A stretch of DNA of 64,000 nt. It comes from Vicugna vicugna. Lineage: Eukaryota. The notes below the pieces were generated by a model. It was not told where the DNA came from and searched no databases. It was given only the letters and a program-made list of their open reading frames with translations. The position numbers were made by a program, and so were the translations under genes. Shown here piece by piece: positions 1 to 13,030 of this stretch; position 1 is the first letter of the stretch, and the number at the start of each line of letters is the position of its first letter. The stretch lies in the NCBI GenBank assembly GCA_013265495.1, contig MU058718.1, forward strand, positions 1,426,001 through 1,490,000, read 5' to 3'.

Positions 1-527
1 ACAATTTTTACAGAGCTGTCCAAATGTTTCAACACCTGCTTCACATGAGGCAAAATCCTCTTGTAAACAACAGTGAGTCATTACCCAAGGCCTGTGAGAA
101 AGGTGCTCTTGGGTATATGTACATTTTCTCCAGGTTCCCTTTGATGGACGGTGACTGAAAATAGAGTATAACCTTCTTTGCCCCAGAAATGTCTGCTGAA
201 AAGGGAAAATTCTTGGGGAAAGAAAAAAACAGGACACATATTATATACCTAAGCACATAAATAAATCCATCCCTTATGTATTTATGTAGGTGGAAAACAT
301 GATAATTACATTTCCAAATGGTTTTTGAAAACCCCCGCAAATGTATACTTAAAAAGTCATAGCAATGAGCGGAGACTGGATGGCTCATTAGTCGTGAGAT
401 AAAGAGGTATTCCCTTTGGATCGCCTATTTCAAGAAGGATGGGGCCAGAAGCAATTTGATTGAATAGCAAAAAGGCATCCTTTGTGAATGGGTAAGATTA
501 CAAAACCCACATTGCAACTTTTTGGAT

Positions 528-770
528 CATTATTCATTTATTCATTCTTTTGGTCAATATTTATTGAATGTCTGTTATATGACAGGTATGTTTCTGTGAG
601 AAGAGCTGGAAATGCTAAGAGGAATAAAACATCATTTGCCCTCAAAGAGCCCATCAGACAGGAGAAGACAGATCGGTGAACCTAAATTATCACATAACAG
701 CATGGAGGCCATAATGGAGAATTTACAGATAGTTACGGAATTTCAGAGCGGAGAGAGAATTTAAACTAGG
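528..770 (-). mobile_element. LINE-2 3' fragment
   Basis: ATTCATTTATTCATTC...AATATTTATTGAATGTCTG...TTTGCCCTCAAAGAGCCCA resembles the reverse-complemented L2 3' tail. Confidence 0.7.
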
Positions 771-1004
771 ATCATAATAATGCCTTATGTTTTAATAGTT
801 CTAAATGATTTGATGGAAAAACCCAGCTTGGTTGGAAGCATGCTAGATGGCCCAACTCCTTCATCAAAATGACAACTTACTCAAAAGAATACTTACTTGT
901 AAAAATAGTAGCAATGTTATATTAAGGAGTCATTTGCAATCTTTTATGAGTTTCTATTATTTTTGCCCATTTTCAGGGCTTTTTATTATAATTTTTAAAT
1001 TTCT

Positions 1005-1142
1005 TAGGCAGTTCCTCTAAAAAATAAGCTCCATGAGGACAGGCACTGCATCCTTTTTTGTTCATGATTTTATCTCTAATACTTATTGCAGTACCTGCAA
1101 AGGAGGTTTTCGATATATGTTAGGGAGGAAATGAATGAATTA
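1005..1142 (+). mobile_element. LINE-2 3' terminal fragment
   Basis: TAAGCTCCATGAGGACAGG... ending in AATGAATGAAT, a typical L2 terminus. Confidence 0.7.
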
Positions 1143-4074
1143 TTTCAGAATGCACAATTTATAAATTTTAAAGCCTGGGACCACCTTCCTGTGCAGCAGG
1201 AGGAGTTCACGTCCTCTGGTACAGCTGACCTTGGCCCACGGTCCTCACTTCCATCTGAGACGTTTGTGATGAAGCACTTTTGGAATATTTGTAGGATACC
1301 CTGGAAATTCAATTCCAAGCCCAAACAATCTGATTTTTAGGACACTGAAACATCTGAAGTTTCCATTCATCCCATGAATATGACATGACTCTGCACTATA
1401 TTGTTTTTTAAAGAGATCTCTAAAGTGGTGTGGTTATGGTAACATCAGGTGTTTCCAGGGACGGGAACTAGGTGCTTGGAGGACAAGACTGGGAGGGAGA
1501 GTTTTTTTCTTTTGTTTTTTAAGCAATTTTTTTTGGGGGGGCAGATAATTTGAATCTGAATTCTCTCTCCCCTCTGAAATTCCATAGCTATCTGTAAATT
1601 CTCCATTATAGTCTCCATGATGTTATGTAATTCTATCCTGTTAAAAAATAATGAATTTTTAAAAACATGCTTATAGAAGCACTGTGAACTTTTGCTGAAT
1701 TTGTTCTGTCTTTTAGGAAGTTTCATCAGATAACCCTCTGCATGCATTCAGTACTAAACTTGACTGAGATCAGTTAAAGCTAATGTATCTTTCTTAAACA
1801 TTACTTTTTTGTTCAAAATAAAGTAATATAATTCTCGTTATAGAGGTTTGGAAGATATTTGAGCATAATATGATTCCCTCCTTTCTGAGAGATAATTTGA
1901 GGAAAAAGATTCATCTTATATTTGTCTTGTATGGTATATAAAATACATTTTTACCAATCTAAGGCCAATGCAGAGTAATCATGAATCATAACTCATGCAA
2001 ATACTCTGATTTGGTCGTTGGAAGAGTTGAACTAGAACATAAAATGCCTCTACCATTGTAATAATGAAAATGGTAGGATAATTTGGCTATGTGATTGATT
2101 TTCAGTCAATTCTCTAGTTCCTTAGGACAAAATGATGAACTTGTCCAAGAAGTATGGTTTCAAATGTTACTTTTTATTTCTTTAATTTTATACCATAGCT
2201 CATATATGCACAATCAACATGGAATGGGAGGCATTTAAAGGCTATGAAAGTTTTTGAAGCCATTTTTCTCTCTTATCAGTGATTTTTCCTTCCTAAAAAT
2301 ATTTTAGAATCCAGCTGATGAAGTAAGTGACTTATTGTGACTTTTATTTTTAAAATACCCAGTTCATCAGGAAATCACGGGGTACACAATAACAACTCTG
2401 ATCCCAGCTCAGTAAGATATTCTTGTCCTGACTCTGGGATCCCTGCTGTTTCTTTGGCCTTTCCCCCTGTGATTCATATAGGGAATGTCTTAGTAGTAAT
2501 GATGTGCCAACTTCTTAACCAAATTTTGCTTTCAGTGCTGGATAAAATGTGTGATGCCCTTTTTGGGTTTGAAAGTGAATGACACCCAGATACAGTTGCC
2601 TATTGATAGAGGAAACCTTAGCTACAAAAGAATTGCTGTGTCCAATTACCAACTCAAATAAAGAAAAATAGAGAGCAAATGAAAAGTTACATTAAAATGT
2701 GATTCAAACAAAGAATAATAAACAGGGCTATTATCCTCCTTTTAAAGAAATACACAAATGTGTTCAGTATGCCTTTATTAGCACAATATAGTCTCAGATT
2801 TCAAATATACTTTCTAGTTTTATGGGGCAAATGCCAAGCTCTCAATGAATTTATCCCCGAGAATCATATTTTTGTGTGTTTTTACTCCAGTGTGTCCTCA
2901 GAAAACATCAACAGATTTCAAACCCCACTAATCCCATGGAAAATTGCTCAGGGCAAAGCCATTACTGAAGCTCTCAAGGAGGCAAAGCTCACTAGCTCTG
3001 TGCCAAAGCCCCCTCCTCTATGTTTATCTTAGAGGAGCAGCTGTCCCAACAGGCACGCCATTCAGCACATGGGAAGGAAGCAGCAATCATAGTTCCAGTG
3101 TTCCCAAACTACCACTGGGGGATTTATACACACCCCCATACTTACGGCACCATACACTGATTTTTTTTTTAATGCAACTTAGATATGATGCAATAGAGTA
3201 CTTGAAATTGTATATGTTAGTAATTCCAGTTTCCAAGGATGGTTTACTGTCTGTGTATGTGGACTTGGGAGTGAGAGTTGGAGGACTGGAAAAATAAGTA
3301 AGCCCAGAGTGACTGAAGTGGGAGAGAGCCCGCAGCATAAGATGAGTCTTAGAAATCGTGTTAAGGATTTTGAACTTTATCTAAGGGCAATGAAAAGTAA
3401 TGGATTTGGGTTTTAGAGTTCCCAGGATTCAGTGAGAAGGGTAGATTAGAGTTACTCAGTAACACTTGCAGGCATTGAATTGACCTGGTTAGTGCTGGCA
3501 AGTCCTCAGCCTTCACTACCTGATAAATTTGCATTCCACATAAGCTGATCATAGATGAGTTAAGTGGAAAATCAAAAGAGGTACCCTTAGCATCTCTCCC
3601 ACATCACGGAGGCCCTGCAGATGCCAATACTAGACAAGAGTCTGTTAAAAGTTTCATTTTAATTTATTATTTTTGTGGTTAATAAACCATATGATAAACT
3701 TTGCTGCAAACTGACTACAGAAAGTTTCAGTTGAAAAGAGTTCCCTGATTGCAAGAAAAAATTCCATTTGGGTTGGATTTAAATCTCAAGAGGCTAGAGT
3801 TCTAGAAAATACAATTTGCTGCAGCGTATTTCACAGAAGGTGTTTAATATAACTTACTGACATCATACATTTTATGTGGCCTTTAATGTAGCAATTCTCT
3901 ACTCTAAAAATTGCCTTAATGAGAAGTTCAGAATAGTTTGAAATTATTCATGCAGAGGAAAGAGTACAGTTGGGCTTGCTTGATGAATAAGCAACACCTC
4001 ACTATGGGGAAAATAAAATAAAGTCAAAATTCTAGCCACACAGCATTTGAGATTTAAAATATAGCACAGAGTTT

Positions 4075-6042
4075 TATTTTTACTTATTTGTTAAAATTTT
4101 TTTCCATCTTCAATTTTAAATTTTTTAATTTTTTAATGTACAGGTGATACATAAAATTATAATATATTTCAAGTGTACAACAGAATGATTTGATATACAA
4201 ACACATTAAAGGAGTCCCACCATTCAGTTACCACATCCATCATCTCACACATTTAACTTTTTTTTTGAGACTACTTAATTTCTACTGTCTCAGCAAATTT
4301 CAGTGGTACAGTACAGTGTTATCAGCTATAGGCACTGTTACACCTTAGCTTCTCAGACCGTATTCATCTTATAACAGAAAGTTTATACTCTACAACCAGC
4401 TTCTGCCTATTTCCCTCACCCCCCCCCAGCCTTTGTCAACAACCATTCTACTCTGTTTCTGTGAATTCGACTTTTTCTCTTGTTTTAGATTCCAAATATA
4501 ATACCATGCATTATTTGTCTTTCTCTGGCTTATTTCACTTAGCATAATGCCCTCTAGTTTCATCCATGCTGTCACAAATGGTAGAATTTCCTACTTTTTA
4601 AAGGCTGAATAATATTCTGTTATGTGTGTATGTATATATATACAGCATCTTTATTTATTTCTCTGTCAATGGACACTTAGGTTGTTTCCAAACCTTGGCT
4701 ATTGTGAATAATATTGCAATGAATGTGGGAGTGCAGATATCGCTTTGAGATAGTGATTTCATTTCCTTCGAATATATATTCAGAAGTGGAATTGCTTGGT
4801 CATATGGTAGTTCTATTTTTAATTTCCTGTGGAATCTCCATGCTGTTTTCCACAGTGGCTGTACTAAATTCCCACCAACACTGTACAGGGTTCTCTTTTC
4901 TTCACACCCTCACCAACATTTTTTATCTCGTGTCCTTTTTTTTTTCTTTAATTTTTTTTTTCAGTTGGGGGAGGTAATTGGTTTTATTTATTTTTTAATG
5001 GAAGTACTGGGAATTGAACCCAAGACTTCATGCATGCTAAATGGGCACTCTGCTGCTGAGCTATACCCTTCCCCGTCTCTTGTCTTTTTGATAATACGCA
5101 TCCTAGCTGTATGAAGTGATACTTCATTGTGGTTTTGATTCATATTTTCCTGATGATAAGTAATGCTGAACACTTTTTCATGTGTCTGTTGGCCATTTGT
5201 ATGTCTTCCTTGGAAAAATGTCTAGTCAGGCCCTTTGCCCATTTTTTAATTGGTTTATTTGGATTTTTAATATTGAGTTGTATGAGTTCCTTGTGTATTT
5301 TGGACATTTGTCCCTTATAGAATATATGGTTTGCAAATATTTTCTCCCATTCCATAGCTTGCCTTTTCATTTTGTTGATGGTTTCCTTTGCTGTACAGAA
5401 GCTTTTTAGTTTGATGTGGTCCCATTTGTTTTTGCTTTAGTTTCCTCTGCTTTTGGTGTCAAATCCATATTAAAAAACATTTGCCAAGACCAACGTGAAG
5501 GAACTTACTCCTTATGTTTTCTTCCTAGTAGTTTTGCAGTTTCAGGTCTTAAATTCAGGTTTTTAATCCATTTTGAGTTGATTTTTGTGTTTAGTGCAAA
5601 ATAGGGCTCTAGTTTCATTCTTTTGCATGTGGCTATCCAATTTCTCCAGCATCATTTATTGAAGAAACTATCCTTTCCCCACTGTATATTCTTGGCTCCT
5701 TTGTGGAAAATTATTTGACCATATATGCATAGATTTATTTCTGGGTTTTCTATTCTATTTCATCAATTTTTGTGTCTGTTTTTAACACCACTACCATCCT
5801 GCTTTGATTGCTATAGCTTTGAGGTATAGTTTGAAATCAGGAACTATGATATCTCCAGCTTTGTCCTTCTTTCTTAGGATTGCTTTCACTATTTGGGATC
5901 TCTTGTGGTTCAGTATGAATTTTGTGATTGTTTCTTCTATTTTTGTAAAAAATGCCATTGGAATTTTGATAGTGATTGCATTGAATCTGTAGATCATTTT
6001 GGATGTGGACATTTGAAAGTGTTAATTCTTCCACCAACATGA
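4075..6042 (-). mobile_element. LINE-1 (L1MA9-like) 3' part: ORF2 C-terminus plus 3' UTR, decayed
   Basis: ORFs 5140..5370 (WEKIFANH...KKWAK...[19 protein letters not shown]) and 5791..6012 (YRFNAI.IKIP..FF) are L1 ORF2 motifs; T-rich tail at about 4075-4135. Confidence 0.92.
4936..5074 (-). mobile_element. tRNA-Ala-derived camelid SINE (Vic-1-like) nested in L1
   Basis: Reverse strand reads GGGGAAGGGTATAGCTCAG...TTAGCATGCATGAAGTCTTGGGTTCAATTCCCAGTACTTCCATTAAAAAATAAATAAAACCAATTACCTCCCCC plus A tail; imperfect TSD TCTCGTGTCCTTTT (4926-4939) / TCTCTTGTCTTTTT (5076-5089). Confidence 0.88.
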
Positions 6043-6284
6043 AAAATATACTACAGGGTTGTATATTTCTTGTTTTCCTGTTAGGTTTCTAATTATAAAT
6101 ACATCATTCTGTATCTCTGTATATGAAAATTAAGACAGGACTTCATTTTCTCTTTCCCACCAAAATCTTCCTATTTTGCAATTTGCAACTGACTAGCTGT
6201 TTCCAGTGTAAAGGATTAGAATTAACAGTAGGATCAAACATAAGATCCCAAACCAGAAACCTTGGGGAGATTTCTCTAGACTAA

Positions 6285-7507
6285 TATTTTTAAAAATTAA
6301 GGTATAAATTATATACAGTTAAATCTCACCCTCTCTAGTTTACAGTTTATATCATAATAAAGATATGGAAAAATTGGATCACCTCTAAGATTCCTTCATG
6401 TACTATTTAGTCAGATGCAGCTTCTGCCTCAGACTTTACCAGTTCTCACCTGTTTGGGGACCTTATAGCTTTGAATACCATATAAGTGGAATTATAGATT
6501 ATATAGCCTTTGAGCCAGGCTTCATTCACTTAGCATAACGTATTTGATATTTATCAACATTGTTGCATGTATCAGTAGTTCACCCATTGTACAGATGTAC
6601 CATACTATATTTATCCATTATCCAGGTGAAGGATGTTTGTGTTGCTTACAATTTTGGGTGATCACGAATAAAGAGTCTGTAAACACTTGTGTGAATATAG
6701 ATTTTCATTTCACTTGAATAAACACTTAGGAATGGAATTGCTAGATTATATTGTAAGTATACATTTAACATTTAACTGTCAAATTGTTTCGCAAAGTTGT
6801 AGACCTTTTCGTATTCTCACCAGCAATGTATGAGAGTTCCAGTTGCTCCAAATCCACATCAACGTTGGTGTTGACAGGGATTTTTATTTTAACTATTTTC
6901 ATGGGTATGTAATAATATCTCTTGTGGTTTTAATTTTCATTTCACTAGTGATGATGATGTTTATCATCTTTTCATATTCTTGATTATCATTCATATATCT
7001 TTGATGATGTGTCAATTCAAATCTTAGTCTATTTTTTTGTTAAGTTGTTTGGTTACTTGAATTTTGAGAGTTCTTTATATATTCTGGGTACAAGTAATTT
7101 ATCAGTTATGTGTTTTGAAATATTTATATTATTTTGTGGCTTGTCTTTTTATTCTCTTAAGAGTTTTCCCAAAGAGCAGAAGTTTATAATTTTGGTAAAG
7201 TCCAGTTTATCAATTTTTTTTTCTTTTAGTGATTATATTTCTGGTGTCATCTCTAAGAAATCTTTGTATAATCCAAGGACACAAAATTTTTCACCAGTAC
7301 CTTCTTACAGAAGATTTAAAGCTTTAGATTTTACATTGGGTCTATGATCCATTTAGAGATCATTGTCTCAGATAGGGCTTGAAGTTCAAGGTATGGGTTG
7401 TAGTGTGTGAGTTGAGGTTTATTATTTTTTTGCACATGAAGGTCCAAATGTTACAATGCCATTTGTTGAAATGACTATTCATTCTCCATTTAATTAATCT
7501 TGTACCA
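6285..7507 (-). mobile_element. Old LINE-1 (L1MB/L1MC-type) 3' portion
   Basis: L1M 3' UTR and ORF2-end text in reverse, e.g. CACCAGCAATGTATGAGAGTTCCAGTTGCTCCA, CCATTTGTTGAAATGACTA. Confidence 0.85.
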
Positions 7508-8083
7508 CAAAAATTTTATAGCAGTATAATTTAAAATAATAGCGCCAATACCATGGACTACTTAGGTATAAATCTAACAAAACATGCATAATCTATATGC
7601 TGAAAGCCACAAAATACTGATGAAAGAAATCAAAGAAGACTTAAGTAAAAGGAGAAATAAACTGTATTGATAAATTGAAATATTCTTTCCAAATGCTCTA
7701 TGGATTCAATACAGTCTAAATCAAAATATCAGTAGGATTTTTGAAACTGATTAGCTGATTCTAAAACTTACATGAAAATTCCAAGGATCTAGAATACTCA
7801 AAACAATTTTGAAAAAGAACAAAGTTGGAGGGCTCGTACTGCCTGCTTTCAAGACTTAGTAAAAATTGCATTAAGCATGACAGTATGATATTGGCAAATG
7901 GATACACACAGAAATCAATGGAACATAATAGTACAGAAATAGATTCATATGGATGATCAACTTAGCTTTGACAAAGATGCAAGGGAAATTCAATGAAGAA
8001 TGATATTTTTAACTAATGGTACTGAAACAACTTAATATCTATATTTGTAAAACAATAACAATAACAAAAACAAAAACAAAAAA
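7508..8083 (+). mobile_element. LINE-1 ORF2 fragment, opposite orientation to its neighbour
   Basis: CTTAGGTATAAATCTAACAAAA...TGATGAAAGAAATCAAAGAAGAC...AAGAACAAAGTTGGAGG correspond to ORF2 YLGINLTK / LMKEIKED / KNKVGG motifs. Confidence 0.88.
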
Positions 8084-11000
8084 AGGCGTGGGGGCATAGT
8101 GGATAAAAGGCATATAGTAACACAAAAGGAAAGCACTCCTTTTCTCTGTAGATTTCTAATCTGATTCTCCAAGTCACTTTTTCTTAGTCTGTCAATATGA
8201 TTCCAGAAAAAAACTCATCTTCCTATGGGAGTTCAGGATTCCAGAGTTTATTGCTATGTTTATATAACATAAATACTTTTCATGTCCATTGGAATTTGTG
8301 AATTGTCTTTTCATTTCTTTGGTTTTTCATTAGGAATATTAATCTGTCTCTAATTGATTTCTTAAAGCTCTTTATATGTGTAGGATATTTTACTTGATTG
8401 ACACGCATTTAGACAGTTTTTCCAAGTTTCTCGTTTGCTGTTTATTTTGGTTCACATGCTTTTTGACATACAGGATTTTCATTTTTATGTAAAGATATAA
8501 ATCTTTTTCTTTTTTTATACATTCTTATTCTGAATTCTCTTGAAGACCTTCAGTGTCCATGAACCCTTCAGAAATACATCTTAAAATTAAATGTACATAT
8601 AAACATATTAAAATGCACATATAGAGTAGGTTCAGTTTTTCTTACATGACTTTTTACACACTTCGGTGTGTAGTTTTCTTTTCTAGTACAATATAGATTG
8701 GTAAGAGAATCTTTTTCTACATAAACATTCCCAAATTGTTTTAAAGAGCATTGGCAATTACAGGGTTACAGACTTGAATTGCAGAATTACAATGCAAGCA
8801 AATAATTAGTTAAGATTTAGAAGACATGGTTTGTTTATCTATCTCTAACTCTTTATTCTATGTATTTCAAAGCATTTAATAGGCCCCATAATAGTTTACT
8901 ATTGTCTTCATCAAATGGTACCTTTAAGATATTCATATGATGTGGAGGCTTGTATGGCTAATCATGTTGAAGTCTAGAGCCTAAAGTCGTAATCAGCTCA
9001 ACCCACAGGTAGGCACATAAACTAAGGCAGACATTTCTGAGTCCACTTTTAAAAGGGGAAATAAATACCAAGCTGCTAAAACTGTTTCCATGGTGAATTT
9101 GAATTTTTTTAAGAGCCCTGGTCCATGATACCTCCCTTAGGACTGATTGATGAACAGAAAAGAAATGGGGAATTGCTAACATTGAGAGAGAGAAGAAGAT
9201 TTAAGGATAGTTACACATTACACAGATGGGTAATTTGCATATTGAGCCATGTAATCTTGAATTGGCTTGGACATGCTACAGCAAATTTTTTAGAAATCTA
9301 ATGTTTCAGTTTTTGGAAAGAGCCCAACAATCTAATCCTAACGCAGCATCATGTTTCATTGCTGAATAAGTCAACGCACAACATAGAATTAAGAGGCTCA
9401 TTAATTATATGGTCATAAAATTCAGGGTGAAGAAGGCAAATTGGGTATTTTGGAGTAATTAATGGCTTTGGGGGATGAACAGCCAATTTAAGGTGATTAA
9501 CCAAATGAAAAGAAAAGCTCACCTAGGCTCCTTGGCAAAAAATCACAGAGCCCATGACAAAGATGGTACTTGTGTTTGCCACTTTTCCTCTGTACTTTCG
9601 ACTAGGCTTTTTTAAAAGAAAGTCTTTAAAAGTCAAAAAGAAATAATTACAATTCTTAATTTACATCAGCACATATGAAGAAAACACCTGGTATTTGTCA
9701 GGAACAGCTCCGAGTGGGCCAGATTACTAGAATTTGCTTCGAGATAGCTTTTTGCTCTGCATTCAGTATGTCCCCTCGTCCTGACCAGATAATACCACTG
9801 TAAATACACACAGAGAAGGAAAGGCCAAGGGGAAAATTCTTTTCTAATTGAAGAGAATTGATTGTTTAAGTTTAAAGATCATGGATTATTTTTCATTAGC
9901 CCAAGATGTCATAGTTCTGGAGGAATATATAGATTTGACTAAATATAGGTAAGTGTAATGTCACTTACTGTAGGCATCTAATAGATTCTGTAGCAACTTA
10001 TATCAAGACTTACTCTTAAAACAGAGATAACGTTCTATAAAGTGAGTAACCGGGTAACCACTCTCTAGTCAGCTGAATGAATCTTTATAACAGTAATTCT
10101 TAAATTAAGAAACTGTTGTCCCAGATGGTTGTCAACAAATCAGAAATTATTTCTAGTTTCAGGCCACAGGAAAAATATATCAAGACGTGAGTGACACAGT
10201 GGCAGTTTAACAAGTGTTTGTGTACCATTTTAAGGGGAAATATGATTAAGGGTGCATCCTAAAAAATAGTTTAAGTATGGACAGACTCAAAAACCAAACC
10301 AGTTGATGCCTAATCTGGGAAGGCATCCGTACAACACGTGTCTGCCCCAGAGAGCGCTAGTCACATCCTTTCCTGCAAGCTGCAGGACGTCATTCACAGC
10401 AAATGCTTTATGTTTATTTTTTCAAAGGAATGATGTTAAGGTCAAAATCAATTATCTCAAGTCGGATATCTGCAAGATGGTTACATAATCAGTTATACCT
10501 CGGTTTTTCCAGAGGAGACTGGACCCAAGGTCCCTGCCACTTGGCATTGAAATGAAGGGTCACAGGACAATTTTCCTGACGTTCAGGTATGCACCAGTGC
10601 ACAGGGCCTTGTCTCTGGAATCCAGCTCAACCTGTGGAAAAGAGAAAAATTAGCTTGCCCTTTGTCCTCATGAGAAGAAACCTTGTGTCAGAAAATATCA
10701 ACTGTATCTCCAAGCTGACACTGACTAAACCTAAAGCTTTAATTGTCAGAGATGTCCCATATTCTGGAGTGTCCAAAGCTGCAGAGCCTCACTGCCACTG
10801 GAGCTTCACAGGGGATGTGGGGAAGCCAGGTATGTCTAAGAGGCCTGTCCAAAGTGGTATGTCACTGAAAATATCAGGAGGACATCTCTAGAAGAGTGGG
10901 GCACCTGTGACACAGTCTATATACATGGGTCCCCTAAGGATTATGTTATAGAAATGTTCTGGTGAACCTTAAAAATTAGAGAATCAATGCAGTGATTTAT

Positions 11001-11659
11001 CCTAACTGGAGAGATTTCCACATTCTCATGGAAAATTTGGATTAGATGACCATGAGGGAAGTTAAAGACATTCAGAATAAGAAGATATTTATCTTGAATA
11101 CAACATTACAGAAATAAATATACATTTTATGTTGTTTCAACTATCCTTACTCTGCTGTAACTTGGGGAAAATCAGGTGAAACCCTGTACTGGTTGAAGTT
11201 GGGTCTCTGCACCCTAGCAGAATTTGAGTTCTAAGTAGAGAACAATTTAATTTTGTTTTCTGCATACGTGAGTTTGTGCAGTTATTTTTATACCCAATAA
11301 TGAGCAATAATTCCACATTTTGACAGGTAGCAACCAGCTTTGGGATATGGTATGGTTTTGTTTTTGCATTTGCATTTTTGCATTTGTGTACTTCTATCAT
11401 TTTAGTGAAGGCAAAATCTATAACATACATGCATAATCAGAGACCTATTAAATGCTAACATTTAATAATAACATTAAATAATAACAGTTGCTTCTGTAGG
11501 AATTAAAGTAGTTGGAAAACCTCCATATGAGCTCAAACAATAAGACGATGCTTCTGTTTCTAGTCATGGATACTCTGACTCTGGACCTAAACAAATTAGA
11601 ATTGAGTGACCTCAGCTTGTGAATTTAGAAGGTGGTATTATAAAGAGATGAGAGGTGTA

Positions 11660-11770
11660 CTTTGCCAATACCTTGATATTTCTCTTTTAGCTCCTAGCAC
11701 CGTGAGACAGTCCATTTCCATTGTTGAAGCAACCCAGTCTTTGTTACAGCAGCCTTAGAAAAACAACACG
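11660..11770 (+). mobile_element. MaLR (MLT1) LTR 3' fragment
   Basis: GCCAATACCTTGAT...GTGAGACA...TTGTTACAGCAGCCTTAGAAAAACAACAC resembles the MLT1 terminus. Confidence 0.6.
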
Positions 11771-12879
11771 GAAATGTAATTACCAAGCAAATTGTTTTAA
11801 GTTGATTGAATCATCAGGAAGCTAGGGATATCACACAGTACATAACCTTTTCAGTGCAACAGTGCACACCTCTTCAATGCTTAGTACAAACAAAAAGACA
11901 TTCCTGGCCCAACCACATCCGAAGTTACGAGAGCCCCTGGCCTCTTGTGAAGTAAGGACTCCAATACCCAATGCTGACAGAAAGAGAACTCAACTTGGAA
12001 AGATTTTGCTCTTTTCTTTAATCCTGAAGGGAAGATTAATTGATTCTTTATTCCTTATTTACTTTAAAGGAATCCACAAAACCCCACTGCTACAATTATA
12101 TGTATTCATGGTATCAATACAGATATTTACGTAGCACAAAAGTTCAGAGCTCTATAGAAGCCTTTTATATCCTTTAAAAATCTCTCCTTTCTAGTTTAGA
12201 ATAATGAACTAGATGCCTTTAATCTAAGGCAAAATTATATGAATATTATCTTTTATATTAAACCAATGAAACTTAAGGAGTAGAGTTGCTATCTAGTGAC
12301 TTGAAGACTATCAATGAACTGAAACTACCCATTTAAGATTAAATAGCTGGTTACATTTAAAAAAGAATTTCCTAATACTTAACTCTAACAACCCTTAAAA
12401 AATTACACTAATATCCTCCAGATAAGATTCAGATACTTGTTTTCTAGAAGCTGACTGAAATTGCATTGTATCCCATAACCGCACCCTTTGGTGAAGAGAT
12501 ACTTTCCCGTTTGTATTGTTTTTTTTCCCTGATCTTCTGCAAAAATCTGTGCTTCTCACTAATGAAGTAAAATTCCAAAGCAATTGAACATTACATTTTA
12601 AAGGGAAAATGGATATATAGAAATTCCTGGAAAAAGTTCAGATTATACAAAAGAAGAAAAGAGATGCCAGAATAAATTCTTAGCATTCGTGCAGTATCTT
12701 GCACACAGTAGGCATGGTCTATTTTTCTTTATCTTTCATTATGAAAGTTTATATAAAAGAAGAGTGTTTTATTTCAAACCAAATAAGTTGGATGAGGGCA
12801 AAGGGCTTTTTTCTTTAAAAATACCTCACATTTATTTAGTATTTGACACATCCTTTCAAATGTACTATATCATTGGTTT

Positions 12880-13030
12880 TGCAACAAACCTATGAACTAA
12901 GTATGAGTTGGCCAAATCTATGGAAAAAAGAAACAAACTCAAAGAGATTTTATAGTTGGTAGGCTCACCTAGCTAGGAAGTGGCAAAGTTAGACTTCAGC
13001 TCAGGTTTCGAATTCCACATCCTGTGCCTT
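12880..13030 (-). mobile_element. MIR fragment
   Basis: CAACAAACCTATGAA...GAAACAAACTCAAAGAG...CACCTAGCTAGGAAGTGGCAAAG, reverse MIR core. Confidence 0.55.

Noticed and set aside
1266..1333. C/D box snoRNA (GTGATGA ... CTGA)
   Set aside because: No terminal stem, no C'/D' boxes and no guide complementarity that I can identify.
5140..6012. ORFs with retroelement protein similarity (also 21403, 41627, 44086, 58786)
   Set aside because: Short, frameshifted L1 ORF2 remnants, not host genes.
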